A stretch of DNA of 63,932 nt, counting the filler, from Choristocarpus tenellus KU-1152 (taxonomy: Eukaryota > Protista > Phaeophyceae): NCBI GenBank assembly GCA_964200185.2. It is 13 parts of 13 records of this genome, joined end to end, with 100 filler letters (N's around TTAATTAATTAA, not from the genome) between each part and the next. Parts side by side here need not be neighbours in the genome. Positions count along the whole stretch, not along the records: positions 60,933 to 63,932 come from CAXNAD020023032.1; 12 more parts are not named here. The stretch is one strand, 5' to 3'. The notes beneath the pieces are model-generated. The model ran no database searches, was not told the DNA's origin, and was given only the letters and a program-made list of their open reading frames with translations. How positions within the stretch are numbered: position 1 is the first letter of the stretch; each line of letters begins with the position of its first letter. This document shows, piece by piece, positions 62,464-63,932 of the stretch. The position numbers and the translations under genes are program-made.

Positions 62464-63932
62464 TAGTCGTACCAATAGATTATGTATCTGGGGTTGTCCT
62501 GTCATAACTTTTGATGTAGACTTAAGATAAAAAAAGAAAAAAGCATATTCGTGATGCCTGTCACAATGCCCTCCACAGTACGGGCTTCGTTTTTTTCTCC
62601 GTTTTTTTCTATTTTTGAAGAAATATCAGTCATATTGGGGTTCGAACCCCGGATTGTAGGTCACCAAGAGTGGTAACAGATATACTATTACTTGATTAAA
62701 TTGTGGGGTTTAGGGAGGAAAAAAGCCTCCCCATCCTTCTTCCTGTGTGTTCGCGCACACACCCTTTGACCTCAACAAAGATATCCTCATCGAGGCCCAA
62801 AACGAAATGCCTCTCATCGCGCCCTTGCTCCGACATCTTGATGTGACCCTTAGTTAGGAAGTCTCTCTCCCATTCGCTCACAGTTTCTGACCTGACCACC
62901 GCATATCCTGCTGCCATCTCAACAATGGTTTGACGGTCTTTCCCGTCATATATACACAGGTACATGATTCGCAGTGTTAGGGCCTTTATCATTACATTTC
63001 CTCGTTGAGCGCTGGAAATGGGTTACCTTCTTTCTCGTTTCCTAAGCCACTGTGACTCATAGAACTTCCAAACAGCTAGGGCCTGCTGTAACTGTCGACT
63101 ACTAAGATATTCTACATCCAAGTTTTCGCTTAGGCGTTTCCTGAGTGCAATGGCATGCAGTCGCACTGCTCTCCTCCCCAACCTTCCCTTCCACCAGTCA
63201 CTCTGGTCCTCCCTTCGCCCACCGTGACCAGTCCTCCACACAGACTTCGTCACTGTACCACACCTGGTGATGGAGGCTCAAAGTAGCTGGGGTGTGTGTG
63301 GCGGCTGTCCATTTGGGGTCAATTTTTTCTTGCCGCGATTTTTGGGCGATTTGGTTGCATACGTCGGATGGATAGTGCAAATGCACTCTTCCTGATTTTG
63401 GTCCTAATGGACACCCTGGTATAGACCCTCCCACCCCCCACATACTTCGGGTCTGGACTCATCTCTCTCTCTTCCTGCTTTCTCGAGGTGGCAGAGACTG
63501 CAAAGCCTTGCTCCAAGGCGGTTAAAGATCCAACAACATTTGTGTGGTAACGCTTTCCATGCATCTTCTCTCAGCATCAGTGCCGTGGCCGCGTGATCCA
63601 TTGCGCAATATGATCATGTACACGCACTTTCTCATCACCTAACATCGCACAAAATGTCACATGGTACTTGTTTTTTTGTCGCCTCTCGTCAGAGAAGGTG
63701 CCAAGGGTAGATCCAGGAGGTAGAGTGGCCTCGGCGGCTCTCCTTATCTCACCGTTGTGGTCCATGTTGCTGTGTAGGTCACTCGTGTGTGTGCTCACAG
63801 CCTGTCTGCAAACGACGCTAAAACGATGTCTGCGAATCCTGCTTTTTTGTTTAGCATTGAACAGGCTCTCACCAAAATTGAGGATGCATACTATGGAGGA
63901 TGGGTTTGTACCAAAATGGTGCGCGGAAAGTG
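62464..63932 (-). mobile_element. TA-flanked Tc1/mariner-like transposon, copy C (runs to window end)
   Basis: Colinear with 15645-16870; decayed ORF includes ETVSEWERDFLTKGHIKMSEQGRDERHFVLGLDED. Confidence 0.85.
63275..63453 (+). mobile_element. MITE family 1, full copy with perfect 4-bp TSD
   Basis: TGGA|GGCTCAAAGTA...TACTTCGGGTC|TGGA; the paralogous empty site GGTGATGGACTC is at about 16486-16497. Confidence 0.93.

Noticed and set aside
1-63932. tRNA, rRNA or SECIS elements
   Set aside because: None recognised by eye; tRNAscan-SE, Infernal and SECISearch3 would be needed.

Overview
Eukaryotic nuclear DNA, not prokaryotic. It has GT-AG spliceosomal introns, a flagellar outer-dynein-arm docking gene, TTAGGG-type repeats and RLE non-LTR elements of the kind seen in brown algae; a stramenopile, probably brown-algal, source is an inference. 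The window is 13 contigs joined by artificial 100-bp spacers (N44-TTAATTAATTAA-N44). Genes stop at the spacers, so adjacency across them means nothing. Intron-split genes reconstructed by hand: DUF1348 protein, proteasome lid subunit RPN9/PSMD13, MTHFR, ODA-DC2/ODAD1-like (with a GC-AG intron) head-to-head with 3-hydroxyisobutyrate dehydrogenase, one orphan multi-exon gene, and a three-exon fragment whose best frame carries an in-frame UGA in a C-L-U-S context. Most of the rest is transposon debris: two abundant MITE families sharing an AAAGTATCT terminal core with 4-bp TSDs, a TA-flanked Tc1/mariner-like family, Copia, Gypsy, L1-like and RLE non-LTR remnants. The most interesting signals are (1) the candidate selenoprotein with a C2-like layout, (2) a TSD-bounded Copia element whose interior is replaced by an inverted copy of itself (three LTRs, two fold-backs), and (3) the poly-G-ended MITE system, which nests in itself and has seeded a minisatellite. 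All family assignments are by eye from motifs; no searches were run.
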